Origin: Piromyces finnis finn
Taxonomy: Eukaryota > Fungi > Neocallimastigomycota
DNA length: 64,000 bases
Direction of reading: 5' to 3'
Assembly (NCBI GenBank): GCA_002104945.1
Contig: MCFH01000015.1
Span: 62,001-126,000, forward strand
Positions 27,185 to 43,007 of this stretch are shown here, piece by piece (the stretch's first letter is position 1; each line of letters opens with the position of its first letter). A program made the translations under genes and the position numbers. The notes under the pieces are model-generated. The model searched no databases and was not told where the DNA came from. It saw only the letters and a list, made by a program, of their open reading frames with translations.

Positions 27185-30072
27185 TATTTTCCAATTCTAT
27201 GATTATTAATATAATATAAATGATACAAATATAAATTTATATTTTGTGCTGTTTTAAAAAAACAAAAACAAAAAAAAATGTATATATATACTTAATATCA
27301 AATATTTTATTAATTAATATAAAAAGCTATTCTTTTTGAAAACAAGAGACCGGCTATGAAGGGAAAGGTTTTACATCCAGATTTCGAAAAACTTATTACT
27401 AATTGTTGGAATAAGAATGTTTCTAAGAGACCAACTATTGATGAAATTATTAAAATTTTAAGTAATTTAATGCAAGAAGAAGAAGTTTTTAAGACTGAAG
27501 TTTTAAATAAATTTGATACTATGCCAACTCAACATGAATTAAAAATTAAGGAACAAGAATTAAGAAAAGAACAAGAATTAAAGAAGGAACAAGAACTTCA
27601 AAAGGAAATAATGGAAAAACCAAAATTAAAGCCAATTGAATCAAATTCATCACCAGAATTGACAGAACAACAAAATGAATCTGAACCACAACCAGAAGAA
27701 GAAACTGAATTACCAGAAGCTACTGAAGTTTCAGAATTACCAAAGGCTTCAGAAGAACCAGTTGAATATTCAGAATTACCAAATGAAGAAGAAATCAAGA
27801 GTCCAGTTATTAATGAAATTTCAGAAACCCCAGAATTAAAGGAAGATGAAGTAGAAGAAGAAATGAATGAAAAAGAAGAAGAAATTAATATTGAAGAATC
27901 AACAAAGGAAGAAGAAGAAAAGGAAGAAATAAAGAAAGATGAAAATATTGTAAATGTTAAGAAGGCTAATGATGAAAAGAAGGATAGATATGCTTTAGAG
28001 CAAAGCAGAAGAGAACAAGAGTAAGTATCATATTGATAAGTTAAATAATATATATATATTTAAATTCTGTATAAAAACTTTTAAGAAAGACAATTTTAAA
28101 AATAAAAATTTAATCATGATGTATTAATAACAATATATTCCTACCATTGCTATAAAGGTACTTATTAAGAGAACAAGAAGAACGTGAACGTCATAAGATT
28201 AGAGAAGCTTTATTAAGACAATTAGAACTTAATAAGGCTGAAGCTGCTAGACAAAGAGAATTAGAAAAAATTGAACTTACTAAGCAAAAGGAAAAAGAAG
28301 CTTTTGAAAAGATTGAAAAGGCAAAGAATATCCTTTTAGAAAAGGAAAAAGAAAAATTAAAGAAAGAACAAGAGGAACGTGAAATTGAATTACAAAGACA
28401 AGAAGAAATCAAGAAACAATGGGAAATTTCCCAACAAAAGACCAAAGAATTAGAAAGAAAGAAGGAAGAGGAAAGATTAAAGAAGGAACAAGAGAAATTA
28501 TTAAAGATTAAACAAGAAGAAGAAGAAAACTTCCAAAAAACTTTAAAGGCTAAGGAAATTGAAGAAAAGAAAATTCAACAAAGAAAAGAAGAAGAATTAA
28601 GAAAGAAGAATGAACAAGAATTAAATATTGCTAAACAAAGAAAAATTCAAGAAGAAAAGTTAAAGGAATTTGAACAAAAGAAGAAGGAAGCTCAATTAAA
28701 GGAAAAACAAAAGAAGGAAGAAGAAGAAAAGAAGAGAAATGAAGAAGCCATGAATAGAATTCTTTTAGCTAAAAAGAAGTTAGAAGCTAAGGAAAAGAAG
28801 GTTATTGTTGATGAAGAAAATCAAAATACTTTAAATCTTATTAATAGCAATAACATGGATAGAAAGGCTATTTCTGATTTTGAAAAGAAGAGATTAGAAA
28901 TGTTAAAGGAAAAGGAAAAGAATCGTCAAATGAATATCGCTAAAAATGAAGATTTTGCCTTCCAAAAGGCTTTTGCTACTAAAAAGAGAATTGAAGAAAA
29001 AGAAAGTCAACGTAAAAAGGAAGAAGAAATAAAGAAGGAACAAGCTATCAATCGTGATAAAGAAAAGGTTGAAAAGTGGAAGGAACAAAAGAAGAAGTTT
29101 GAAGCTCTTGAAGAAGAAAGAAGAAGAATTCGTAATGGTGGTGTCAACCAAGATACTGGTTTCCTTTTCAATAACGGTCGTGTTTCACCATCTGTTGTTG
29201 CTAACCGTTCAAAGTTTGAAGCTCTCGAAGAAGAAAGAAGAAGAATTCGTGAAGCTGGTGTCAACCAAGATACCGGTTTCCTTTTCAATAACGGTCGTGT
29301 TTCCCCATCTGTTGTTGCTAATCGTTCAAAGTTTGAAGCTCTCGAAGAAGAAAGAAGAAGAATTCGTGAAGCTGGTGTCAACCAAGATACCGGTTTCCTT
29401 TTCAATAACGGTCGTGTTTCCCCATCTGTTGTTGCTAATCGTTCAAAGTTTGAAGCTCTCGAAGAAGAAAGAAGAAGAATTCGTGAAGCTGGTGTTAACC
29501 AAGATACTGGTTTCCTTTTCAATAACGGTCGTGTTTCACCATCCATTGGTCAAATTAATCGTGCTAAATTTGAAGCTCTTGAAGAAGAAAGAAGAAAAAT
29601 CCGTGAAGCTGGTGTTAACAAAGATACAGGTTTCCTTTTCAATAATGGCCGTGTCTCTCCTGTTTCAAACCGTGCTAATTTCTTTAAACAAAAGAGCGAT
29701 TCTGACAGTAATCAAATACGTTCTAACTCTCCACAATTCTATCGTCCATCTTCTCCATCTTTTAGATCTGCTTCTCCAACCCCATCTAATTCTTCTGTTA
29801 CCTCTTCATCAAGTCAGTACACTTATAAACTTCGTTCCACAAATTTAAAAGATTTTGAACAACGTAAATTGGAAAAACAACGTGAACAAGAACGTCAACG
29901 TCGTGAATTACAAAAACAACAAGAACAAGAAGCTTTCCAAAAACTTCTTAATGCCAAAAAGAAGATTAGTGAAATTGAAGCTCGTAAGAAGAGAGATCAA
30001 GAAGATCGTAAGAAAATTAATCAAAATGGACTTAATGATTTCAGAAGTTCAACTGAAGAAATTGAAGAGTGA
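26224..30072 (+). CDS. TKL-like protein kinase (atypical motifs) with an acidic linker, long coiled coil and tandem-repeat tail
   Basis: Exons 26224-26535, 26692-27112, 27327-28020 and 28158-30072. Kinase motifs: ALIK, DYFEDGNLQEY, LPWKKRYEIA, HHDLKISNI, DYG, DIYSLG, CWNKNVSKRPT. Confidence 0.85.
29095..29679 (+). repeat. Five 117-nt (39-aa) tandem coding repeats KFEALEEERRRIREAGVNQDTGFLFNNGRVSPSVVANRS
   Basis: Units start at 29095, 29212, 29329, 29446 and 29563; units 2-4 are nearly identical at the DNA level. Confidence 0.95.
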
Positions 30073-30448
30073 TAAGTCATTTTTTTTTTTTTTTTACTAT
30101 TTTTTCTTAAACACAAAAACTAAAAAGTAAAGAACAAACAAATAAACAAAAAAAAAAAAAAAAAAAAAAAAATAAAATAAAAAAAAAGATAAAAAACAAA
30201 AAAAAACACATATACATATACACACACACACACAAAAAAAAAAAAAAAATAGATCATACCATACTACTATATAATATATCCTTTATCGTCTATTATTAAT
30301 AATTTTTTTTTTTTTTTTTAAAAAAAAATACAATAAAGTTAATAAATAAAAAAAAAATCTATAAAAAATTTTATTAATTTGAAACTTCTGTCCATAATCA
30401 TAATAAAAGTTTATAATTTTATATATATTTATATATTTTATCTTGGGT

Positions 30449-30570
30449 GTATAAAAGTTTTTTCCTATTTTAAAAGGATTGATATTTTCTAATAAAAAAA
30501 TTTATATATAGTATAAAAGTTTTTTCCTATTTTAAAAGGATTGATATTTTCTAATAAAAAAATTTATATA
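30449..30570. repeat. Direct tandem duplication, two units of about 60 bp
   Basis: GTATAAAAGTTTTTTCCTATTTTAAAAGGATTGATATTTTCTAATAAAAAAATTTATATA occurs at 30449 and 30511. Confidence 0.9.
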
Positions 30571-31108
30571 ATTCTTTTTTCTTATTATTTACTAATGAAT
30601 TTAATCATGAAATATTTTATTATTCTTACAATTTTTTTTTTTTTTTTTTTTGCCTCTATATTTCATATGGAGTTTGGCATGTGGAAAATTGATCCTTTTA
30701 TAACATGAAAAATCAAATTTGTTTTAGTATATAATAGAAAAAAATATTTTCTATTTGGTGAAATAAATTAATTTTTATTTAAAAAAAAAAAAAAAAAAAA
30801 AAATAAAACACAATACAATGAAAAATAAAAAAAAAAAAATAAAAAAAACAACTTTTTTTTTTTTTTTAATTATAATTATTTGCGAGCCTTTATTAATAAT
30901 AATTATGAAATCTTATTTATAATATCCTTTTTCCTTATTTAATATAAATGCGCGAGTGTATTTTTATAAACAATAAAAATAGAGTAGAAGAAAATTATTT
31001 CTTATCCAAAAATTATAAATAATAATAATTATTATAAATTTATAGATTTTACAATAATTATTAGTATTTATAATTTTTAGAAAAGAAATAATTTTTAAAT
31101 TTGTTTAA

Positions 31109-32756
<1,648 letters not shown>

Positions 32757-33794
32757 TTTGATATATAACTTTTTCTTTTACTTTTTTTTTTATATAATCC
32801 AAATAATATAAAAAATTGATAATTCAATTTTATTTCTTATTGATTTAGAAAAGACAAAATATTATTGGATAAAAAACTTCTCCATATTAAATTAAAATTT
32901 AATATTAGATTAAAAAGAATTATTTATTTGATAGGCTAAAAAAAAAAACTTTTAATTTAAAAAGGTAATTTATAATTAAATCAATTATAGGAAAAAGCTA
33001 TATTAATATAATTTCAATTTCAAATTATTATTATCTTCATGGGAAAATTGAAGTAGGCTAAAGGATATGATATAAATTATAATATTTATAATGTCTAATA
33101 TTTTATTGAAAATAGATATTAAGACTTTTATAATATAGATATTTTATATAAATAAAACCTTTTATTTTACAATATATTAAAAAAGAAAAGTAGTATAGAA
33201 TTAATATATAGTTTCCATTTATTATTATCATTTTTTAAATATATATTAATGGTGCTAGAAATGTCATTTATTGACATATTACTTGTTAAAAATTTAACTA
33301 TGCATTTAGAAATAAATATAAAATGTTTAAAAAGTTATAGTATTAATAATCATTTTATTCTTATGAAATAAATAATAAATTTGTAATATAGATAAATATG
33401 TTTTTTTTTCTTCTTATTTAATATATATGTATATATATTTGTGGTAATATCAATTCTTTTTTTTTTTTATTTTATTATAGATAAAGTTGTTATTTGCTTA
33501 TTAAATATGTAGGCTGCTTAAATAGTTAAATTAATTAATACTGTTTAAATAAATAAACTAAATAAATTAAACAAATTTAATAAATAAATTAAATAAATTA
33601 AATGAATAAATAAATAAATAAATTAAATAAATTAAGACTATGAATTACAAAAATCTATATTTTAATGAAAGACGAAAGCTACAGGATCTATTTGTATTAT
33701 GTATTATATAAGTTAATGATATATTTTTTTTTTATTTTTTTTTATCAATCTCTATAGAAAGTCAGTTTTTTTCTTTCTTTTTTTTTTTTCTAAT

Positions 33795-35778
33795 TTAAGA
33801 CTGGTTTTTTGCAATTAATAATTGTTTTAACCAATAAATTTCTCTTTTGGCTTCAGCTAATTGTTTTTCCAATTCACAACATTTACAACTTAAATCGTGA
33901 GTTTGTTGCTTTAACATAATTTCGGTAAATTTTTTACGTGCTCTGAATCTAGCAGAAGCTTCAGTATTTCTTCTTCTTTTTTCTTCGGGATCGATAGTAG
34001 AAGGTTTATTTCTAATAGTAGTATTTTTAACATAAGTTTTATGAGGATGAGCTTTTAGTGGTGGTGCAAGGGTTCTTGCAATGCTAGTAAATCTCGATTT
34101 TGTTTCTTTTGGTGCAATATTAATAAGTTTTTGTTCAGTTTTTGATAATATGGCTGGTGCTATTTTAGTATTAGGAATAGTTGGAACTAACGATGTGTTA
34201 GAATTAAGAAGAGGAGGAACTAATGAAGAAGATGTAATATTTGATGGTTGATTTTTAAAAGAAACTTCGGTATTTAAAGGATTCGTTGTTAATGGATATG
34301 ATAAACTGGTTGTGCTGGATGAATTGATATCTAATAAGGATTGATTTAATGGTGAATTTAAAAGAGGATTATTTACATTAAGCAGTGAATTAGAAACCTT
34401 AATAGAATTATCAATTGAATTTGAGGAAGAGGTTAATTTTTGTTGTTTGAATATGGAACTCCTATTATTATTGGGGATATCAGGCAAGTCTTTTCTATCA
34501 TATAATGGATGTGGATCAGTTTCATTGTAAATCATTGATGTCATTGTACTAGTTAATTCATCATGATTTTGAATAGGTGTTGAAGAAGAATAAGAATTAA
34601 TATCCAGATTGTTATTCATCAAATATTCTTGATCTCTTATTAATTGATTGTTATTCTTTATATTTAAGGTATTAAGTACATTTGGTGATTCTTTTTCTAA
34701 TAAGCTTGATGCTGAAGAGGTCTATTATATATAATAAAAATTATTAATATACTATTACTATTATTATTTTTATTATTTTAGTTATTATCATCATTATATA
34801 ATTATAACAACAACTCTATTGCTGTTAATTTACTATCATAATATAATTCTATTCATATATACATATATTTTATTTTTATGATTTTTTATTTTTAATTAAA
34901 TTTTCTATACTTTATATATAAATATCATTATGATTTATTGTTATCATAAAAATATAAATTATTATTCTTACCGTTAAGGATTCGGAATAGGTTAATTTAT
35001 CTGAAATAATATTTTGATTTAGTTTTTGATTATTTATTAGAGGTAAATTGTCTAATGCATTGTAATCAGATTTATTAAGTTCATGATGTTCATGATTTTT
35101 TATTAAATTATCAATTACTTGTTTATCTATACTATCTTCAATACTATTAAAATTACCAACGGAAATTAAAATGTTATCATTAATGTTGTTTGGTATGTAC
35201 ATTGGATAGTTATCTTTAGGCTGTACTAAATAGTTCTTATTGGATTGTTCTATAGTATCATTAATTTTAGTAGTAATTTTGGTATCAGGAGGAGTAGATG
35301 CTGGTAATATTGTTGTATTAATTTGTTGCTTTTCCGTTACATTTTCTGCTTTTGTTGGTATATTGGTATTTAAAACTCCAGCAGTAACATTATCTTCTTT
35401 GTCAGTATTCTTTTCCACAAAAGTATCATCTAAATCAGTATAGTTACTAAATTCACCGATAATTTCCATATTATCTTCTAAGCAAGGATAAAATTGTAAT
35501 GCATGAAGTGAACATAAATGCTCATGATTTTGAGGCTGAATATGTTCAATTTTTTCGTTTATATCCTCATTATTTTGGATATTATAAATAGTATTATCAT
35601 TTTCTAATTTATCACAACCATAGCACATTTCATTTATTGTTTTAAAGTGATGTTGATGGTTATGATCGAGTAATTGTCGTAAAGTATCATAATCGGTTGG
35701 CATATGAAAATTCGTTGGAAGTTGTATTGCAGGAAAATTAATGTCATCCACATTACTTTTATTACTTTTTGATGACAT
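33795..35778 (-). CDS. bZIP transcription factor, CYS-3/MetR/Zip1-like basic region
   Basis: Exons 35778-34972 and 34721-33795 (phase 0 intron). C-terminal EEKRRRNTEASARFRARKK followed by a leucine zipper. Confidence 0.85.
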
Positions 35779-38700
35779 TTTGAATTAATTTATTAATTTT
35801 ACTATTTTTTTTTTAGAGTATTTATTTATGTATACTTTTTAAACTGTAAAATTTAACATATATTCTTTTTGTAAGTGTTTAATAAGAAATTGAATAGTTA
35901 TAAATAATTAAAACAAAACACAGATTTCAAACTTTCTTTATTTAGTTGCTTTTCTTTTATTACTACTACTACTATTATTATTGTTTATATTATATCTTTA
36001 TGGCAATAAGCCTAGTGATAATTAACAATAAATAAAATAATAAAGTAGAATATTTTGTATATATATAAAAAGAATTATTTAAAAAATTTCCTTTACTTAT
36101 ACAGGAATAATGGTTAGAAGAAATAATAGAAATTAATAATCATATTCAAATATGCATGCTATATATTAAGAATTTATATAAAAACTTGTAATGTTTAATA
36201 ATATAATCCTTTATATCTACTTACTATTACAATACAATCGTTTTACAATTAAAAAATGGACAATTATAATTTTATTTTCTGTTTTTAAAATATTTTAATA
36301 AAAGGTGTACTTTATTTTGATTTTACTGGCTAATAATAAATTGAATATTTTATTCTTATTTTATTGGTTGATTATTAAACCGAAATTCGTAATTTAAAGT
36401 TATAAAAAATTTTAAAGAATATATGAGGAGGAAAAAAATTTGTTTGTTTATATATATAATTTAATACACAGAAATAGAATTATTTGTTATTTAAAGAAAT
36501 TAAATATAATTAACTAATAAATATAAATTATCTTTGTACATTTTATAATTATTGAAAAATAAATAAAGAGAAAAAAAGAAAAATATTTGAATGAAATAAG
36601 TAATAATTTTTGTTAATAGATAAAAAATAATACAATTTATATATATATTATATGTATTTTTTTTATTATATTAAAATTTTATAATATTAAAAAAATATAA
36701 AGATATATAAGAATATTTTTTATCTACTTGAAATTATGAAATTGCCAAAGGGAATTAATAATAATTACATACATTTTATTCAGAATGTTAAAAAAGTTTT
36801 GCTTGTATAATAATATTTATATTTTTTTATTATGTGTAAATATTTTCAGTGTTATAAATGATAGTAATAAAAAATATTGAATTTTTAAATAAATAAATGA
36901 AAAAAAAAAAAGTTTTAAAGGTTTTAATGATTTGAAAATATAAATATATTATTAATAAATTATGATTTTAAGATTCATTATTTTATAGTGTGTTTTTATT
37001 TGTTGTTATGACCATATTTAATAATAAAATTGAAATAAGAAAAGTTATTTTATATGAACAAAATGAAAAAAGAGTTTATAATATGTAATTATAAAAATAT
37101 ACAGAGCTAATTTGAGAAATTATTTGAAGGTTTGAATATTTCTGGATAATTTTAATAAAGTTTAAATGATTACATGAAAATAATATTTTATCAATATTTT
37201 TAAAGTCAAGAGTTAAAATACACTCATTTCATGTAATCATATTAAATATAGCCATTAAATATTTTTTTCGATTATAAATATTTAAATTTTAACTTAAAAT
37301 CGAATCTTAAGTATTTATTTATATAACTAGCTTTATTTATAGTAGTTTTATGTGGTGTTAATTCATTATTTTAAATTACCATATTTTATGTTTTAATATT
37401 TAAGAAATAAATTTTTATATAGTAATAATATAATAAAAAAATACATATTTACTTTCTAATCGTCGTGACTATGTGATTAAATTTTTTCAAGAAACGAAGT
37501 TATTACCAGCATTATTAGTAACCTATCTTATCATTTCTTAACTTTTAATGTTTTTCATGTTAGAAATTGATCACTACTAGTCTAAACAATTTCATATTTA
37601 ATAATAATCCATTAATCAATAATAATAAAAAAAAGTATATAATAAAATATTAGTTAATAACATATTTCTGTTAATACAAATAATTGAAATATATAGATTT
37701 AATATAGAATAGTGGATAAAATTAATAAATAAAAAATTATATATTAATTAAGAAAAAGACATTATTTTATAATTAATTTATTGATTTTCGTATATAAAGT
37801 GTAAATCTTTTTCCATTCTTATAGTACAATATAAAATATATATTACAATAAATTAAATAATTAAAAATACTACTTATAAAATTGTGTATATTTTAATGAT
37901 TCAATTTTAAATTGACAAAATTTTCACTATATGGAATTTGAAATTTTATTTTCCTAATTAAATAATTGCATCAATAAGATATAATAAACCGTTTAGGAAT
38001 CATTACTAGAAATAGAAATAAAAAGGAAAATATTTAATTAAGAATAATATTAAGAATAAATTAAAAATTTTTATAAAAAAAAAAGTTTAAAATAATATTA
38101 ATAATATATTTTAATCATTTTATATATTTTTAAATATTTTAAGATTATCCCTTGATTATTATTAAGTAGTGGGAATTTTATAATTTAATATCATGAAACA
38201 ATGTAGCATGACATCATAAACCATGCTATATGAAATTTTTAATATATAGTTTAATCATATTAATTAATACTTAAATGAGAATTAATAACATATTAATATT
38301 AAATAAGATTTATGATAAAAATCTATGCTTTTATTATCATGTAAATCATAATATAATATCATACTTATTTTTTAATTTCTATTTTAAAGTTCTTCATCAC
38401 CATAAAAAGAAAAAAAATGTATAATTGAGTATTTACCATTTTTATATTATTATTTTATCTAGTTCTTATAAAAATCTCTTTATTATTAAAAAATTTATAG
38501 TAAATTATATTATGTGAAAAAAATATAGTCAGAATGGTGAAATAATTAAAAATATTATTAATGTAAATAGATAGTTTTAACTATTTTTTAATATTAATTG
38601 AAGACTATAAAATAAGAAAAATTAATAAAATATTTTCCAACTTATAATAAATAAAGTTTGATTAATAACTAACCTATTTTTTCCTTTAATAATATAATTT

Positions 38701-41561
38701 TATCCAAAATCAATTATAGATAGTAAATTATTTTCATATTTTATTATAAATTAAGGTTTGAACATGATATTAAAAATATCAATTTTTAATATTATCATTA
38801 ATATATATTTGCGGTTATTATACAGTAAAAATAGAATCAAAGAATAAATTACTAAAGTCAAACAAAAAAGATTGTTTTTGACCATTTTATATTTAATTAG
38901 AGTTTAATATAAAACATTAATGAAAATGATATAATAATAATAAATATTTTTATTTATTTTCTTCAATAAATAATAACTAAAAAAAAATAAAAGTATCCCT
39001 TTATATCAAAGTTTTTCATTAAATTGATTGATAAAACTAAAATTTATTTTTCATTTAATTTATATAGACTTTTAATTTTTTAAAATTATATACAACATAG
39101 CAACCAATGACCTTATTATGGATTGATATCATTAACAAATAATACAAATTTTATATATAATTGTTTGTTATAAAAGTTATATTAATATTATATTTAATTA
39201 TTATCTACCGTCATAAAATTTTCTAATTAAAACTGAAACTGAAACATACAAATAATTACGATTTAATTTATATATTATCGAATAAAATTTCCACTTCACT
39301 ATCAAAAAAAGCTATATTGATAAATTACAAAATGATAGATACTTACATATTATTATTATAATATAGTGTTCCTATATTTTTAGGTTATATTGTAATAATG
39401 ATCTATATCTAACAGTATTAATAATATTATAAAAGATATATTGTTTCATCCTTTTATAATATTTATCAATCAATGTATTGATGGATTTAAAATGCAAAGT
39501 TATAACCAATTGGAGAATAATCTATTTATTATATATTAATAATATATAATAAGTATTTATTATCTAAAAAATTAATTAATAATAAATTAAAAAACTTTAA
39601 TGCCTAATTAATTGAATATGTTATATATATGATATAAAAGGTTTTGGTGATAAAAATGATTTATTTTTTTTCTTTTAAATTGAAAAAATATATTATATAA
39701 TATATGGTAGTATATATTACAATATTAAGAATTTATTATTTTTACAAGATTCTATTTGGTATAAAAACTTTATTTATTATAGATTTCAATAAAAACTAAT
39801 TAATTACCTAAAATTTAATTTATTAATTTTAAAGTGTTTCAATTATTAATTATTTTTTTTTATCAGAATAACTAAAATATAATAAAAATGGTAAAAAATG
39901 AAAAAATTATATAACAACATATATATTAAAAAACTTTAATTATTAATTTTTTTCAATAATAAAATAACACATCAGAAAAAAAAACTCTCCATAGTCATTA
40001 TTGATTTATAATAATAATTATGAAAAGATTTTTTTTTAAATGATCTTTTTTTATTATATACACTAAATACTTTATTGTTGAACTGTTATGGAAAAGTATT
40101 TAAATGGTAATAAAATTAAGAAAAAAATAGTTAAATATAATTATATTTAAAATAATTAGATAAAAGAGTATATACAAAAATAATAAACAGTACCAAAATA
40201 ATTATTATTATATAATAAAATATTTTGAATATTATTATATCTATATACTAATTTAAATTTTAAGGTATACTATTACATTAAAATTAATTAATAGGATATG
40301 TTATAAATAATTTAAGATTACTTCATATTTTATTATTATTAAGAGTATAATTATAATTTAGCTACACTATAAGGAATATTAAAACATCCTAGACATTTCT
40401 AGTTGCTTAATAAATTACAAAAATTACAAAAGAGTTGAGTCAATAAATGACTATTATTTTGTTAAAATCTAATAATTACTGTTGAATATCTAATATTATT
40501 AATAATTTAATTTAATAAATGAAATATTAAATTTTAATTAAGATTTTCTATTAAAAATTAATTTATACTTTGAATAAAGTATTAATTTTTTTTAAGATAA
40601 AGATGTATATATTTTTAATTGTTTTATTACTAGTATTAATTATTGTTTACTATTATTAATATTATTTTCATTTTTATTTATTTACTAATAAGCTTATTTA
40701 TTACCAGTTTTTTTAATAATTATTAATTTTATATAATTAAATATAATATTTTTAATTAATTTTTTTTTAATACTTTTTTATATTTTTTTTTATATTATAC
40801 TATCCTAACTATATAGAAATATAATTATATTTCACATTATCATATATTATTATTATATTGTTTTTATTTTCAATATATTATTGATTTAAATTTTATTTTT
40901 TTGATATATATTTTTTTTATTATTATAACTATCCTAATAACAATAAGAATTTAAATAAACACAACTTTTTTTTTTTTTTTAGTTTTATTTGTAATGCTAA
41001 TCAATAGGATATGATGCTTTAATATTTATTACTATAATAATAATGTCAATTTTTTTTTTTATTGACTGATAATGTGGAATGCTTTTTATTATGAATTTAA
41101 AAGAAATTAAAAAATAATTAACCTAATAAATTTTTTTTTATTAAAATTCATTAATTCTCATCAAGCTTATTTTAATATTAATTTTACTTTTTATTTATGC
41201 ATAAAAATTCATAAAGAAAAAAAAGTATTATTTACATGAAGATGAATTAAAAGATTATAACAATACTATATAATATTATAAACTTCTAAAAGTTAATATA
41301 TGGTTATAATAAAATTCCATAGTAATAGTGGTATTAAAATATTGAAGATTCTATTACTTATTTTTTTATTTATTTATAAACTATAAAAAATAAAATATGA
41401 CTGTAAATCAAAAGATTTAGATAATTATATATAATTATGATGTTTTGAGTAACAATTAATTTAAAAATAAAAAGATTATTTTATAGTTAATTTCAATTAC
41501 TCTAATTGAATATTCCCTAAAAATATTTTCAGCTACGAATGATGGTATATGTAAATTTTAC

Positions 41562-42238
41562 TCATTCCCAACCCAAAATATATTTTAATCTGGCTTTGTC
41601 ATCAGAATCGGAACCATGCTTTGTTGTATCATTATTATTGTTGTTATTATTACAGTTGTTGTTACTATTATTTATATCATTATTAGGCATTTTTGATACT
41701 ATATTATTACTATTGCAATTTCCACTAAAAGAGTTATGTGCATTATTGTTAAAATTACTTAACATTGGGGATTGTTCAACACCTCGATTACCATTTATAT
41801 AATTATTTTGTTGATTGTTACTATGATTATTATTGTTGTTGTTGTTGTTGTTAACACGTACATTATTACTATTATTATTTATAGGTAGTCTTTCATTAAA
41901 ATTATTCATGTTTTGTTGTGGTTGTGAAACACAATTATTATTTTGTTGATTATTAAAATTATTATTATAAGAACAATTCAAATAGTTGCTATTATTATTA
42001 TTATTATTATCACAACAATTATATTGATAATTAGCATTATTACTATTATTATTTGGTATTTGTTGTGGATAAGGAGGTTGACTATTAAAGAATGGGCGAT
42101 TGTTGTTATTGTTGTTGTATTGGTTATAGTTATTAGAATTAATATTATTAGGACTATTGGGTGGTGAATTAATTTGTGAATTATTTGAAATGCTATTTTT
42201 CATACCATAAAATGGATTTGAATTATTATTACTACTAC

Positions 42239-42309
<71 letters not shown>

Positions 42310-42624
42310 GCATTCATTGAGTAAGAATTAAAACTATTGTTCATAGATTGGTTTGGTATAGCTTGATTTGATGAAATAGGTGAAAAGTTTTGATTATGTG
42401 AATTATGAATATGAACTGTTGGTACATTATTGTTATTACTATCTTGTTGTTGTTGTAGTTGTTGTGTATAATATAATTGACTATTATTCATATTAGTATT
42501 GCTACAATAATTACTATTGTTGCCATTATTATAAATTTGATTATTGATATTATTATTATTCATATTCATATAATTACAATTATTATTATTGTTGTTGTTA
42601 TTGTTGTTGTTGTTGTTATTATTG

Positions 42625-42661
<37 letters not shown>

Positions 42662-42770
42662 AATTATTATTTGGATAGTAGCTATTATTGAAATTATTAG
42701 TTGAATAATTATTTTGATAATTGGAATAATTTAAATTATTATTTATGTTATCATTATTGTTATTATTATA

Positions 42771-42803
<33 letters not shown>

Positions 42804-42976
42804 ATTATTATTATTATAATAGTTATTATAATTATTATAATTATTATAATTATTATTAATGTTGCTGTTGTTGTTAAAATTATTACAATAATTTTGATTA
42901 TTATTGTTGTTGTTGTTGTTGTTGTTGCTGTTACAATTCATATTACAATTGCTGTTGTTGTTATTATTATTATTAT

Positions 42977-43007
<31 letters not shown>

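Noticed and set aside
29007-29848. Overlapping repeat ORFs 29007-29546 (-) and 29054-29848 (+); possible CRISPR-like array
   Set aside because: They are alternative-frame shadows of the 117-nt coding repeat. The units are contiguous with no unique spacers, so this is not a CRISPR array.
41943-42704. Plus-strand Ile/Val-rich ORFs
   Set aside because: Antisense reading of the AAT/AAC poly-Asn tracts.
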